A stretch of DNA of 64,000 bases from Mobula hypostoma (taxonomy: Eukaryota), in contig NC_086114.1 in the NCBI RefSeq assembly GCF_963921235.1, positions 16,120,001 to 16,184,000 of the forward strand. The letters are read 5' to 3'. Both the position numbers and the translations under genes were made by a program. A model generated the notes under the pieces. It was not told the origin of the DNA. It did no database searches and saw nothing but the letters and a program-made list of their open reading frames with translations. The stretch's first letter is position 1; every line of letters begins with the position of its first letter. Below are positions 23,871 through 36,855 of this stretch, piece by piece.

Positions 23871-26800
23871 TCATCTGTCAGCACCTGGAGGGAACGTGGG
23901 GAATGAACAATATCATTAACAATGAAGTCCAATGTTCAAAAAAGGACGTAACAGTACTGACGGCAACACACAAACCACTGGGTGGACAATCAACAATTCG
24001 GGTTGAGACCCTTCATCTGGCATGCAAGCAAAAGCCATGTTCTAGAAAGCAAGATCCCATAAAGTTCAATGAAAATGGGCCGCGTCGTGGCGCAGCAGTT
24101 AGTACTGCTCCCTCACCATTCTAACGACCCCGAGATTGATCCTCGTCTCCAGTGGTGTCTGTGTGGAGATTATACATTCTTGCTGCGACCACGTGGGTTC
24201 CTCACACATTGCAAAGAGAAGTAGGGGTTAGGATTGTTGAGGGTGCACGGAGCTAGCACAGATTCAACTGGCTGAACGGCTTCCTCTTACATCTTGAGAA
24301 GCAACTGAGGATATGTGACAGTGACCTGCAGTTAATGAGGAAGAAATTAGAGGAGCGACATTCTTTGAAGTGTCCCACGGAATCATCTAGTTACCATGGA
24401 AGAGTCAGGCAAGACCTTAATTAAACATTATGTCCAGAAGGCAACATGTCTTGTGGCCACATCAGTCACAACAGCCCCCTTTAAAGCCTCAGGACATCCC
24501 AAAAATATTCTATGCTCAATAAAGTCCCATTGAAGTGCAGTTAATTCAGGATACGCTACATTCAATTCATTTACCACAAACTCTCACACGTGTTAGTGTG
24601 CAGATATCTGTTTTAGTGATGTTGGTTGCAGGGTGGGTGGAGGGGGTTAGGGAGGGGGAGGGGGAGAAATCCCCACATGTCTGACAGGATCCGAATGTGT
24701 GTGTCAGGTTGGGTATCAAAAGAAACGTAAATCGTAGTGCTGGCACCGGATGGATTGCATTAGCTACGGGTGGATCAGATGTCAACTATTTTCAAGAATG
24801 GACCTCTCGTTACATGTGGCGTTTGGGAAATGTTGCACATTTCCTTACAAGCCAATGAGGTCACTTGACCCATTGAGTCCAAGCTAGCTCACAGAAAATT
24901 TTCATTCACCATGTTAGAGTGAGTTTTTTGGTAGATGATTCATTTACACTTAAATGACTTGGCCACCAGTCTCCTGTTTGACAAAGTACTGTGGATCGAG
25001 TTCGTTTGTAACAGTGCAATTCCTAAAAGCTGTGAATACCAGATGCTGTTGACGCCTCTGGGATGAAGTTTACAGGTAGTTTCAAAGACAGCATTTTCTA
25101 TACTTCATAGATATGGATTGTCTTCTATGTTAACACGTAAAATGCCAAATAAACGTATTGTGGATTTAACTTGCATTCCTAAAGGCTGTGGATACCAACC
25201 CAGACATGTTGGCATTGGAAGGAAAGGATGAAGTCAGAAGGTGTGATGTTTTGTATGTAGCTTCAAAAGGAAGCATTGTCTATAACTTTTTAAATAGCAA
25301 TTGCCCTTTGTGTTTAGCATATAAACAGGGCCCACATTGGGCTAGTAGACCTTTCCACTGAAAGAGTCTCCATCCGTATGATGCCTGCTGTACCTTGTTG
25401 TGTCAAATAAAGAAGCTCCTTTGTATCTACCCAGTAACTCTGTCTCTCCGGTGATTTCATCCACGCCACAACACACCATGCATTTTCCTTGTAACCTATT
25501 CCCTCTCCCACCAACTCACCCCCACATTCTACCACTCACTCACACACTGGGGGCAATCTACACCTGCCAATTAAAGGTTAAAAGGTTCAACTAATAGCAG
25601 AATATTTATACAGAATACAACCTGAAATTCGCACTCTTCAGAGACATCCATGAAACAAGAAACACCTTACAATGAATGATAGAAACATCAAAGTCCGAAA
25701 GCCCTTCCTTAAGCAGCAGCAAAAGCATTTACCTCCCCCACCCACAACAGAAGGACCAACACCCCCTCCCTCACCACGCAAGCAACAGAAGCCCCAGAAT
25801 CTTTGATTCAAGAGTCCATCGAAACTACAGTCGACAAACCAGCACCCGGTATTTCAGACAGGCTCCCTCTCCCAGCGAGAGAGATGGTAATTGGTTTATT
25901 ATTGGCAGATTATTGAGATATGGTTTTGTTGTTTCCAATGGCAGAGTTTTTTTCCTCTTCACACTTCTAATTTTTTCTTTTGTCAAGCCATTCCTCCTGC
26001 TCGTGGCCGCATCGATGGACAGCGGCAAAGCCATCTTGGATCTTAATAAGAGGGCATGTTTGGACCAGGTGGAAGACATCCCAAGTTGGGGTACATGTTG
26101 AAAAGTTAGCCTGGTTCATGATGAAGAGTGGCCTGGGAAAGGGCAGGCGAGAGTCTGTCCGACCGATATACAGTGAAAATCTTTCGTTTGCATGCCATCC
26201 AGACAAATCACTTCATATATAATTACATCGAGATAGTAAAAAGAAAAAAAATACAGAATGTAGTGTTAAGAATTACAAAGAAAGTGTAGTGCAGTTAGTC
26301 AAACAAAGTATGAGGGTTATGATGAGGTAGATTGAGAGATTAAGAGCTCATCTCTTTTGGAGGTACAAGATGTCTATAAAAAGCAGTTTGGACACAGTCC
26401 TTTAGCCTGGTGGCCTGCTGGCATCTGTTCTCTTTTGTATTTTCCACTCAGTGCAACTGAGGGGAATAAAAATTATGGTGGTGGTGGGGAGGTGGGGGGA
26501 ATGGGTGACTTTCTATGAGACAGCTTCACCAAGGTAGTGAGAAGTGCAGGAAGAGTCAACGGAGGGTAGTTTATTTTTCTTTCGGATGTGGGAGGAAAGT
26601 GGAGCACTCAGAGGATACCAGCTGGTCACAGGGACAAGGTGCAGGACTCACCTAGCACCAGAGGTCAGGATCTCTGGAGGTCGGACCTGGATCTCTGGAG
26701 TTGCAAAGCATCAGCTCGACCAGCTACCCCGGATTAGTTTTATTCGTCACGTGTACATCGAAACAGTGAAATACGCCATTTGCATCAAATTAAATCAGCG

Positions 26801-29024
26801 AGGACTGTGCTTGGAGCAGCCCACAAGTGTTGCCACACTTCCGGGGCCAAGCTGGCATGCGCACAACTCAATAATCCAAATCCTAAATGTACACCTTTGG
26901 AATATGGGAGGAAACCAGAGCACGTGGAGGAAACCTGCACAGTCATGGGGAGAATGTACAAACTCATTACAGACTGAGGCAGGAATCGGACACTGATCAG
27001 TGATTGCTGTCCCCGTAAAGCGACTGCGCTAATCGCTACACTACGGTGCTGCCCACTGTGCCACTTCTTCCCCCATCTCAGCATCCAGAAGGTTCCAGCC
27101 CTTCTCCACACAATCCATTATGCGTAGCAAGCGGGCGAGCGCTGTTTAACATCTTGTACAAAAGGCAGCTCCTCTGACAGTGCAGCACGCCCTCGAAAAC
27201 AGAGCAGGCCGTGAGGATTAGGTGCTCAAGACTCTGTGGGATTTAAAACCAATGACCTCCTGACTCAGGGAGAGGTACCTCTTGAGCTACAGTCACACAA
27301 ACACGTTATGCTTCTCTCTACATTAAACAAACCACACTAAACAGCAATGGGAAATGGACAAAGACAGTTTATATTTCATTCTGCCTTGATGGCTGTGTAC
27401 ACTACATTGCATAGTTGCCTCTCCTCAGCTGAAAGATGGAATTAATCGCAAACCAGTTGTTACCTCAATAAATTTAGAACCTTCCAAACAGATGTTCAAC
27501 TACGATGACCTGCTCTGTATCCAATCCCCCCTCCCCACAATTTGATTGCAAACACTCGCTTCCTTCATACAGTAGTTTATTATTGATGTGGGCACACTCC
27601 TCCCCCACTCTCAGGGAGATTCAATTCTGTATTCTTTTTCTAGCTAAATGGAGGGACAGGAGGTTGGTGGGGGTACGGTCGGGGGAAGGGGAATTAACAG
27701 GATGTATACTTTAATCAAGTTCCTTTCTGTAAGTCTGGTCAATCAACTTCACACTAGATTTTTATCTAACAAGCCGATTCCGTTTTATCTTTTACTTCTC
27801 GTGAGGCAGCTGGGCTTCGGTTAAGAGACACCTAAGGGTACTTCAGAAACCATGAATAATTTAGCTGCAAGCACAAGACCATGAGGTCCCTGGAATTACT
27901 TTCATGTTCAACGGGAGAAAGTGTACTTTATCTCTAGAGCTACATAATAACTAAACATTGTCCATATTAGGAACTACAGCTCTGATGTTTAAAAACACAA
28001 GACTTTTTTTTAAAAACCTCAAATAAATGTTTTTTTTAGAAAATAAAGGCACACATGGACTCTTCCTCCTGCTTGGGCTTTTTTTTCCCCCGATCATTAA
28101 GAAACACTGTTTTTACAGCTTCAGTAGCTGTTTACCAGACTCCCCAACTGCTAATTAAAGGCTCTGCAAGACAGCTTAATAAAATGCCAAGCATCTCTCT
28201 CACGAGTTGTACTCGTGGTATTTCTGTGTTTAAGTGAGGTGGGGGGGGGGGGGAAGGAAAATTGTTTCTTCAGAACCCACCCCACCCTTGGAGACTTATA
28301 ACCAGAGAGCAGAGTTCCCATATGAAAACAGAAGGTCCAATTAAATCACTTCCTTTGGTTATGTCTTGCTAATGATTTGTAAGAAGCCTCCTTGCCTTCC
28401 GCTTATTTGTTATTCTGCTATTGATTTTTATCATAACCTTAATACAAAGCAACAGTGAGACACTTCCGAGGTGGTTAGGGCTTCAGGGCTTACACCCATT
28501 ACTTCAGCATTGTACTATGAAAGTGCTAAGTACGGTAGCATAGTGGTTAGCATAACGCGATTTCAGCGCCAACGACCCAGGTTCAATTCCCGTCGCTGTC
28601 TGGAAGGAGTCTGTACACTCTCCCTGTGACCATGTGGCTTCCTCCTACATTACAAAGACTTTGTAGGTTAATTGGTGTCATGGGTGTAACTTGGTGGCAC
28701 AGGTACACTGGGCTGGAAAGGTCTTGTACCATTAATATCTAAATAAAAAAAATAAACCCAGCAGAATAGAATGGTCAGGAATGTCACAATTTGGATTTTG
28801 ATGATTACAGATCTCATGACACAGGCTTGATGGTGGTGGTGCTGCCCCATGCTCCAGTGACCATGGATCGATCCTGTCTATGTGGAGTTTGCACGCTCTC
28901 TCTGTGTGACCGGTTGGGTTAGCTCTGGTTTTCCTCCCGCATCCCATGGCACGCAGGCCAACGGGTTAGTTGGACTTTGTAAGTTTCCCCTCGTGTAATC
29001 AGTTCCTTAAGGTTGTTATTGCCG

Positions 29025-29575
29025 GGGGTGGTAATGAGGAAAAGCTCCCACTACCTATTAAATGCTACCAATGGCAATAGCCTCTGACAACCAAGTCCAG
29101 CTCCTGGCCTTCATGTGTGGTTTACCTACTAAGCCCAGCAGAACAGTTTCTACTGGCAGGAGAAGGGGCAAAGGCAGGTTATTGGTGCCTTAAAACCAGT
29201 CGTTTCACGCAGATGGGGCTCGTCTGTCATGGTTAGTAGCTCATCTAGGAGAAGGAAAACTCCGATCTCAAACCTCCACTGCCTTGCTCTTGGGGAAGGC
29301 TTCTGGTGCAGACACCAAGGGGAAAAATCTGGAGCTGGAGACGCGAGGGCAGTCCTACGTTGAGTTCATTGCTGCTGGTACCAAACTGTATCGGTCTCTG
29401 CCGTTCCTTTGGGTTCATCAGATGCGTGGAGAGGGGGAACTTGCTACATGGGCAACAGCTTGCTCTCCTTATTGTACTGCCCAGGCTTGTATATCTAGAC
29501 AGCCTGGATGCAACATCCCTGGTTGACCCTGACTGACAGAGGCCTCACTCACTCAGTCGGGAGGGAGTTGATGGG
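29025..29575 (+). mobile_element. Unclassified non-LTR-like repeat (RTE-like non-autonomous element, tentative)
   Basis: GC-richer block with a (CTCA)n microsatellite tail and no ORF; family call is by impression only. Confidence 0.3.
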
Positions 29576-30359
29576 CACTGAGAAAGAAAATAGGTCATTG
29601 GGAAGTACATAGAGGAATGAACATTCAAATTCAACATTGTGTAATGTCATTTCCAGTACACAAGTGGAGAGCAAAATGAAATAATTGTTACTCCAGCACA
29701 AAAAAAACACAAAAGATAAAGAACAAAATAATATTAAAAAACACAATAAATACAAATACATAAGATAGCTTATATACATAGATTGATTATACGTCCATAA
29801 AGTGATATTAGGCTATACCTAAGTGACCGACAGGAAATACTAAAGTAGTGGTAGGGTGGGTTAGTGGGTGGATGTATTTATCAGCCTTACTGCTTAGGGT
29901 GTGGATGCTACACAGCCTCTTCCCTGATGGGAGCAGGACAAACACTTGATTCCTCCAAATTCTCCAAAAAAAAACCTGCCTCAGCTTTGAATAACATTTG
30001 CTTCATAGCAGAAAATTGCAAGGAATCATTACTCTGAAGAGAAGACTTTCCACCTCCTGTAGACACAACGGGAACTGCTTCTGCATGGTTTTAATCTGAA
30101 ACATTGACAATTCCTCTCCCAGTTCCACCAGCAGGTTGTTGCTGCAGATTCCACCGCATCTCAGTCTGAAACAAAACACCCATCTCTTGGGACAACCCCA
30201 CTTCAAGTTCTAGATTCCCCAAACCACCAGAAGCATCCCAACCTGTCGCTGTCAAATGAAGTCCCTTTCTTCTCAGCTTTCTACACCAAATTAAATGGCC
30301 CTATCACCTGCCAAAAGGTACAGGTTGGGAGTTTGAAACCTGCCTATGGAATTTGTTAC

Positions 30360-31390
30360 ACAAACACACAAAATGCTGGAGGAACTCAATGGGCCAGACA
30401 GCATCGACAGAAAAGAGTAAACAGTCGACGTTTCAGGCCGAGACCCGTCATCAGGATTGGAAAGGAACGGGAGAAGTCAGAGTAAGAGGTGAGGGGAGTG
30501 GACGAAGTAGTACAAGGTGACCGGGCGGGGGGGGGGGGGGTGAAGTAAAGAGCAAGGAACTTGATTGGTGAAAGAGATAAAGGGCTGGAGGAAGGGGGAT
30601 CTGATAGCTGAGGATGGAAGACCATGGAAGAAAGAAGGGAGAGAAGCACCAAATGGAGGTGATGGGCAGGTAGGGAGATAGGGTGATCGGGGAAAACAGG
30701 AATGGGGCATGGTGAAGGTGGGGGGAGCAATTACCAGAAGTTTGAGAAATCTATGTTGATGCCATCAGGTTGGAGGCTAGCAATCAACCAATCAACTTCC
30801 CAGCTTACCTGCCCATCACCTCCCTCTGGTGCTCCTCCCCCTTCCCTCTCTTCCATGGCCTGCTGAGTTCCTCCAGTATTTTGTGTGTGTTGCTTTGGAT
30901 TTCCAGCATCTGCAGATTTTCTTGTGTTAGGGAGGTTATCACCTTACTTTGGTTCTCTTCTTCCTTCTATGGATTCCTCCAATAGATTACATTTTCTTCA
31001 GTCTTTTACCTCTTCCACCTATCACCTCCCAGCTTCTTACTTCATTCCCCCTCTCCCACCCAACTTCCCATCTCACCTAATCTCACCTATTACCTGCCAG
31101 CTTGTACTCCTTCCCTCCCCTACCTTCTTATTCTGTCTTCTGCCCCTTCATTTCCAGTTCTGATGAAGGGTTTCAGCCCAAAACTTCAACTTATTCCTCT
31201 CCATTGTCTGACTTGCTGAGTTTCTTCAGCATTTTGTGTGCATTGCTGGAGCATTTAAGCGTAACTACGTAAATAAAGTTTGTAAATTCCCGATGAAGGG
31301 TCTCAGCCTGAAACATTGATTGTTTTTTCCCTTCTATAGAGGCTGCCTGAATTGTTGAGTTCCTCCAGTATTTTGTGTGTGTTACGCCAC
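30360..31390. mobile_element. Cluster of Penelope-like repeats (minus monomer 30360-30785 followed by plus-strand fragments)
   Basis: Hammerhead at 30423-30458 (-), GIY-YIG tail near 30735-30780 (-), decayed plus-strand hammerheads at 31160 and 31290. Confidence 0.75.
30423..30458 (-). ncRNA. Minimal hammerhead ribozyme, near intact
   Basis: Minus strand AATC-CTGATGA-C-GGG(TCTCGG)CCT-GAAAC-GTC-GACT; one stem I mismatch and a G-U pair in stem II. Confidence 0.65.
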
Positions 31391-31579
31391 AACTAGCTTC
31401 TAAGAAGAGACTACCTGGCCAATATATTTTGCAGTTTTCTGCGTTTGAATGCTACGTCAAAACAACACCTCATTGGCTGACAAAAAGAGAGCAACCCCAC
31501 ATTGATATGAAAGGCATACACATAGCTCAGATTTCCAATGGATTGTAGTCAGGACACTTGTCCAACAGCATAACATCCA

Positions 31580-32200
31580 TACCTTGCAGCTTTATAAATT
31601 TATGAAGGGTGTATATAAGGTGGGTGGTCACAGTCTTTTTCCCAGGATAAGGGAGTCTAAAACCATACGACGTAAGCTTAAGGTGAGAGCAGAAAGATTT
31701 AAAGGGAATCCGAAGGGCAACATTTTCCACACAGAGGGCAGTGGGTATATGAAAGATGCTGCCAGAGGAAGCTCTAGTGGTGGGTAGGACTACAATGCTT
31801 AAACAACATTTAGATGGATACACAGAAAAGGTAGAGGCACATGGGCCAAATGTAGGTAAATGGAACTAGCTTGGTTAGAGTCATAGAAAAGTACAGCACA
31901 GAAACAAGCCCTTCGGCCCACCTAGTCAATGCCAAACCATTTAAACTGCTTACTTCCCCTCCCATCGACCTGCACCGGGACCATAGCCCTCATACCCCTA
32001 TTATCCATGTACCTATCCAAACTTCTCTTAAATGTTGAAATTGACCACTTGCACTGGCGGCTCATTCCGCACGCCACAACCCTCTGAATGAAGAAGTTTC
32101 CCTTCATGCTCCCCTTAAACTTTTCACTTTGCACCCTTAACCCATGACCTCTGGTTGTAGTTCCACCCAACCTCAGTGGGAAAAGCCTGCTTGCATACTG
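31580..32200. mobile_element. Two tail-to-tail CR1 3' ends
   Basis: Plus strand LYKFMKGV.KVGGHSLFPR (31584-31870); minus strand TTTRGHGLRV..FFIQRVV (31880-32200). Confidence 0.75.
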
Positions 32201-33158
32201 GTTGGCATAGCTAATTTAGGCCAAAGCATCTGTTCCGTGCTGTATAGCTCTACGGCAACCTAGCAGCCACTGAAATCATTTTTGGGGGTGTGGACGCAGG
32301 GGATCAGTAGGATGTATACTTGTATAAACATGTCTGGATATTGTTGGCTAAATACTGTAATTAGTCTCCAAAATTCAGACACAGGGCGTTAATTTGGTTT
32401 CGTTCTCCACAGACGCTGCTCAGCCTGTTGAGAGTTTTTATTTGGTATCTGCAGCATCCGTACTTCAGAGTTCCAAGCAATGACTATATTCATCACCACA
32501 AATTGGCTCTGATTGTTTGTAGGTTTTAATGATAGCCTGGTAATGTCGAGATCATTACTACTGATGTCATTCTATCTTTCCAGAAACATATAATTAACTA
32601 AATTTTAATTCTCTGCTGCAGTGGCCCCTCCTGACTACCGATCCAGGCTATAGGATTATGAATTCAACAATACAGGCTTCAGGCTTCTGCTCACTGAGAG
32701 AAGCACGTCACACTTGGCTTACGCTTCCTTAGACTCTGCTTCAGGCTCACGCAGCAGTGAGTCCTGAATGGTATGGCATGCTATTTTTAAAGATTAGCTT
32801 TATTTATCACACGTACATCAAAACACAAAATGAAATGCATCATTTGCATTAAATCAAATCAGCAAGGACTGGGTAGGTAGTCTACCAGTGTGACCACACT
32901 TCTGGCACCAACCTGAAATGCCCCCCAACTCATTAACGCTAACCATATGTCTTTTAGAATGTAGGAGGAAACCAGAGCACCCAGAGGAAACCCATGCAGT
33001 CACAGGGAGAATGTGCAAACCCCTTGCAGTCAATGGTAGGAATCGAACCCCGATCTTACAGCTGCTACTGCAAAGCACTGCACCAACTGCTACAATACCA
33101 TTTTGTTATTTTGTGTGGCTGGTTATGTTTTTGGTCTCTCCTGTTGGAAGGCCATGGG

Positions 33159-33495
33159 CAAATACTGGGGAGGGGCGGGGTCCTTTCAGTAGGGAACGTG
33201 GGAACGCACTCTCACATGGACATGATGTGCAAATACAGGGGAGGGACAGGGTCCTTTCAGTGGGGAACGTGGGAACACACTCTCACATGGACATGATGTG
33301 CAAATACTGGGGAGGGGCAGTGTCCTATCAGTGGGGAACAGACTCTCACATGGATGATGTGCAAATACAGGGGAGGGACAGGGTCCTTTCAGTGGGGAAC
33401 ATGGGAACGCACTCTCACATGGACATGAAGTGCAAATACAGGGGAGGGACAGGGTCCTATCAGTGGGGAACGCACTCTCACATGGACATGATGTG
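33159..33495. repeat. Minisatellite, 5 copies of a 71-bp unit (two shortened to ~61-63 bp)
   Basis: Unit CAAATACAGGGGAGGGACAGGGTCCTTTCAGTGGGGAACGTGGGAACACACTCTCACATGGACATGATGTG; starts at 33159, 33230, 33301, 33362, 33433. Confidence 0.95.
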
Positions 33496-34299
33496 GTTCT
33501 AGATGCTGAGCAGACACAGTAGGACATTATGGTTGGCCCCTTCAGCAGATCTGGTGGATGGGTGAAGAATCCGCCCTTGCCTTAAAATACCATCAAATTA
33601 AATGGGACAGAACCAGCACCTTTGGTCCATTGAGTCTATGCTGACCAACAGGCACTCCTAGGCCAATCCTACACTCCCCACTTTTGCATCAACTCTCCAC
33701 AGATTCTACCCGTCACCTACACACTTGGGACAATTAATCCAACAGTCCGTAAACCTACAGGGTACAGGAGGACACTCGAGCGCCAGGAGGAAACCCACAC
33801 TGTCAAAGGGTGAAAGGACAAAACTCCTTACAGGCAGCAGTGGGAAGTGAAACCTGATCACTGGTACCTGCTGATGCTGTACAGTGACGTGTTGATCACT
33901 AAACTATGAGCTGCCACTGTGATACTCCTCCCTGACCCAAACCCTACAAGTCTAGAGAAATGACTGCTTGAAGCAAGGTGGTCTAGTGGTCGGGGATGGG
34001 AGGGGGGTCCATTCACTAGTATTATGGAACAGTCAGGCCTTTTATTTAACAAAAAAAGCTCAGGGAAGGGTGGACAATATGTGAAGAGTTCTAGTTAGGG
34101 TTATTAAGTTGTGAGAACGCTATGCTGGTGCTGGAAGCATGGCAACTGCACAATCTTCATTGATTTGATGCAAACAATGCATTTTCACTGTATGTTGTGA
34201 CGTTTCGATGTATATATGACCAATAAAGCTAATCCTTTAACAGATTAACTGTTGTTCTAATTGGGTTCTGCAGGTTAAAGAGGAGAATTAAATTGCTCA

Positions 34300-34600
34300 G
34301 CGTCTTGTGCTCAGTTCTAGTCACCCCATCAGAGGAAGGATGTGGAGGATTTGGAGAGGGTGCAGAAGAGGTTCACCAGGATGCTGCCTGCACTAGAGAG
34401 CACGAGCTATCAGGAGAGGTTGGACTTTGACAGTCATCTCTGGAGCATCAGAGGCTGATGGGAGACCTGATAAAAGTTTTTAAAAATGATCAGAGGCACA
34501 GATAGAATAGACAGTGAGAGTCTCTTTCCTAGGGTAGCAATGTCAAATACTAGGTGGCATAGCTCTAAGTTGAGAGGGTAAATGTTTAAAAATGTGTGGG
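34300..34600 (+). mobile_element. CR1 3' fragment (interrupted by a Penelope tail at 34630-34760, resumes to ~34945)
   Basis: AGGAAGGATGTGGAGGATTTGGAGAGGGTGCAGAAGAGGTTCACCAGGATGCTGCC = RKDVEDLERVQKRFTRMLP. Confidence 0.8.
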
Positions 34601-35139
34601 GTAATTTGATTTATTTGAATGCACAGAGTGGTCCTGACAAAGGGTCTTGGCCTGAAACATTGACTCTTTATTCCTAGGTGCTGCCTGACCTGTGTGAGTT
34701 CTTCCAGCATTTTGTGTGTGTTACTCTGGATTTCCAGCATCTGCAGAATGTCGTGTGTTTTTGAAGTGCCTGGAAATGGCTTCCAGGGGTGGTGAGAGTA
34801 GAAGCAGACAGGCATTTAGACAGATACATGAAGGGATTGGAGGGATATGGATCCTGTGCAGGCAAATGGGATTCATTTCATTGGGCATCATGGTTGGCGT
34901 GGGTATTGTGGGCTGAAGGGCCTGTTCCTGTACTATACTGTTCCACATAACCACAGTGCTTATCTGCTGATGAATTGATATTCAGAATCAACTAAATTTA
35001 ACCTTTTTACTAACACTATGGATCAGCATTTGTCACTTCTGCTCAGCTGTGAAAAACTGAGCTTGCTGGGGGACATGGTAGCACACGATTGACGTTGATT
35101 AGCAAGTGGGTTGTAGCTCTCGTGATGACAGTGGCTTAA

Positions 35140-35600
35140 TGCAGAGCCACTCTCAGAAAGGAGGAGCGACAACTCATAGTCCAGCTGGGTAGCCACCTAC
35201 CTGTTGGCATGAACATCGATTTCTCTAACCCGGTAATTTTTCTCCTCCCCCTTTCCCTCTTCTTCCATCCCCCACTCTGGCTCCCATCTCACATCTCCTT
35301 TTCTCCTTGCCTGCCTATCACCACCCACGGTACCCCTCTTCCTTCCCTTTCCTTCATTGTCCTCTTTCCTATCAGGCTCTTCCTTCTTCAGCCCTTTACC
35401 TTTTCTAACTAGCATTTCCCCACCTCTTACTCTCTCCCCCACCTACCTGGCTTCACCTATCACCTTCTAGATTGTACTCCTTCCCCTCTCACTACCTTCT
35501 AATGCTGGCTTCTTCCTCCTCCTTTTCCAGTCCTGATTAAGTGCCTCAACCCTAAATGTCGACTCTTTCTTCCTTTCTATTGATGATCTGCTGAGTTACA
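35140..35600 (+). mobile_element. Penelope-like terminal repeat monomer, decayed
   Basis: GAGGAGCGACAACTCATAGTCCAGCTGGGTAGCC...GGCATGAACATCGATTTCTC tail, CT-rich UTR, decayed hammerhead near 35530. Confidence 0.7.
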
Positions 35601-36355
35601 TAGAACATAGACTAGTACGGCACAGTACAGGCCCTTTGGCCCAGATTGCTGTGCCGACCCTCAGACCCTGCCTCCCATATAACGTTAAATTCCTCCATAT
35701 ACCTGTCTAGTAGTCTCTTAAACTTAACTAGTGTATCTGCCTCCACCGACTCAGGCAGTGTTTCCACGCACCAACCACTCTCTGAGTAAAAAACCTTCCT
35801 GTAATATCCCCCTTGAACTTCCCACCTCTTACCTTAAAGCCATGTCCCCTTGTATTGAGCAGTGGTGCCCTGGGGAAGAGGCACTGGCTATCCACTCTTA
35901 TCTATTCTTCTTAATATTTTGTATACCTCTATCATGTCTCCTCTCATCCTCCTCCTCTCCAAACAGTAAAGCCCTAGCTCCCTTAATCTCTGATCATAAT
36001 CCTTACTCTCTAAACTAGGCAGCATCCTGGTAAATCTCCTCTGTACCCTTTCCAATGCTTCCACATCCTTCCTATAGTGAGGCGACCAGAACTGGACACA
36101 GTACTCCAAGTGTGGCCTAACCAGAGTTTTATAGAGCTTCATCATTACCTGGTGACTCTTAAACTCTATCCCTCGACTTATGAAAGCTAACACCCCATAA
36201 GCTTTCCTAACTACCCTACCTACCTGTGAGGCAACTTTCAGGGATCTGTGGACATGTACCCCCAGATCTCTCTGCTCCTCCACACTACCACTTATCCTGC
36301 CATTTACTTTGTACTCTGCCTTGGAGTTTGTCCTTCCAAAGTGTACCACCTCACT
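35600..36355 (-). mobile_element. CR1 LINE 3' fragment
   Basis: EQRDLGVHVHRSLK...KLYKTLVRPHLEYCVQFWSPHYRKDVEALERVQRRFTRMLP...RGDMIEVYKIL. Confidence 0.92.
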
Positions 36356-36489
36356 TCTCCTGCATTTTGTGTGTGTTGCTCTGAATTTCCAGCACCTGCA
36401 GAATCTCATGTTTATTAACGTAGAGCTTACCTTTACTTTAGATTCAGTTTCTGGAATTAGAGGATTGTGGTTCAAGTCCTACTTGATGA

Positions 36490-36855
36490 TGCTGAGATAC
36501 ATCCTAGGATGCGCTGGGACACATCATTGACGCAACCTGGGGTCATCAGGCGTTTTGGGCCTTTCAACATCAGACACCCTCGCCCAGGTGACCAGCCAGG
36601 GTTGATGAGACCCTGGCTCGGTCCGGGCAACATTGGTCCACGGGTCACACTTCTTGATCCGGCGCCATCTGGAGGCTCGTTCAGCAGCCTGTGTCGGTCC
36701 TGCTGGCTTTTTTCTTGGCATTACGGGGGCTGCAAAGGAGAGAGTAGGCTCTGCACAAAGAGCCGCCAGCAAAACCGCTAGACCCCACGTCTATAGGCTC
36801 ATTTTGTGCCGTCCCCCCGCTGTCTCTGGTACTGCTCCACCAGCTCCCGGCATGT
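36490..36855 (-). mobile_element. HERO-like (R2 group, REL endonuclease) non-LTR retrotransposon 3' end
   Basis: Frameshifted ELVEQYQRQ..EPIDVGSSGFAGGSLCRAYSLL..AAERASRW..IKK.DPW resembles the EPIEVGCRGF..EAAERASRWLWIKR..W C-terminus; 3' UTR follows. Confidence 0.7.

Noticed and set aside
28530-28610. tRNA-like sequence with A and B boxes
   Set aside because: SINE head that continues into a V-domain; no complete cloverleaf. The same applies to the other copies.
29440-29530. Possible HDV-like ribozyme in the RTE-like repeat
   Set aside because: I could not assemble a convincing P1/P1.1/P2/P3 nested pseudoknot by eye.
32918-33527. 194-aa and overlapping repetitive ORFs; CRISPR-like appearance
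   Set aside because: V-SINE plus a 71-bp minisatellite; no unique spacers, no cas genes, eukaryotic context.
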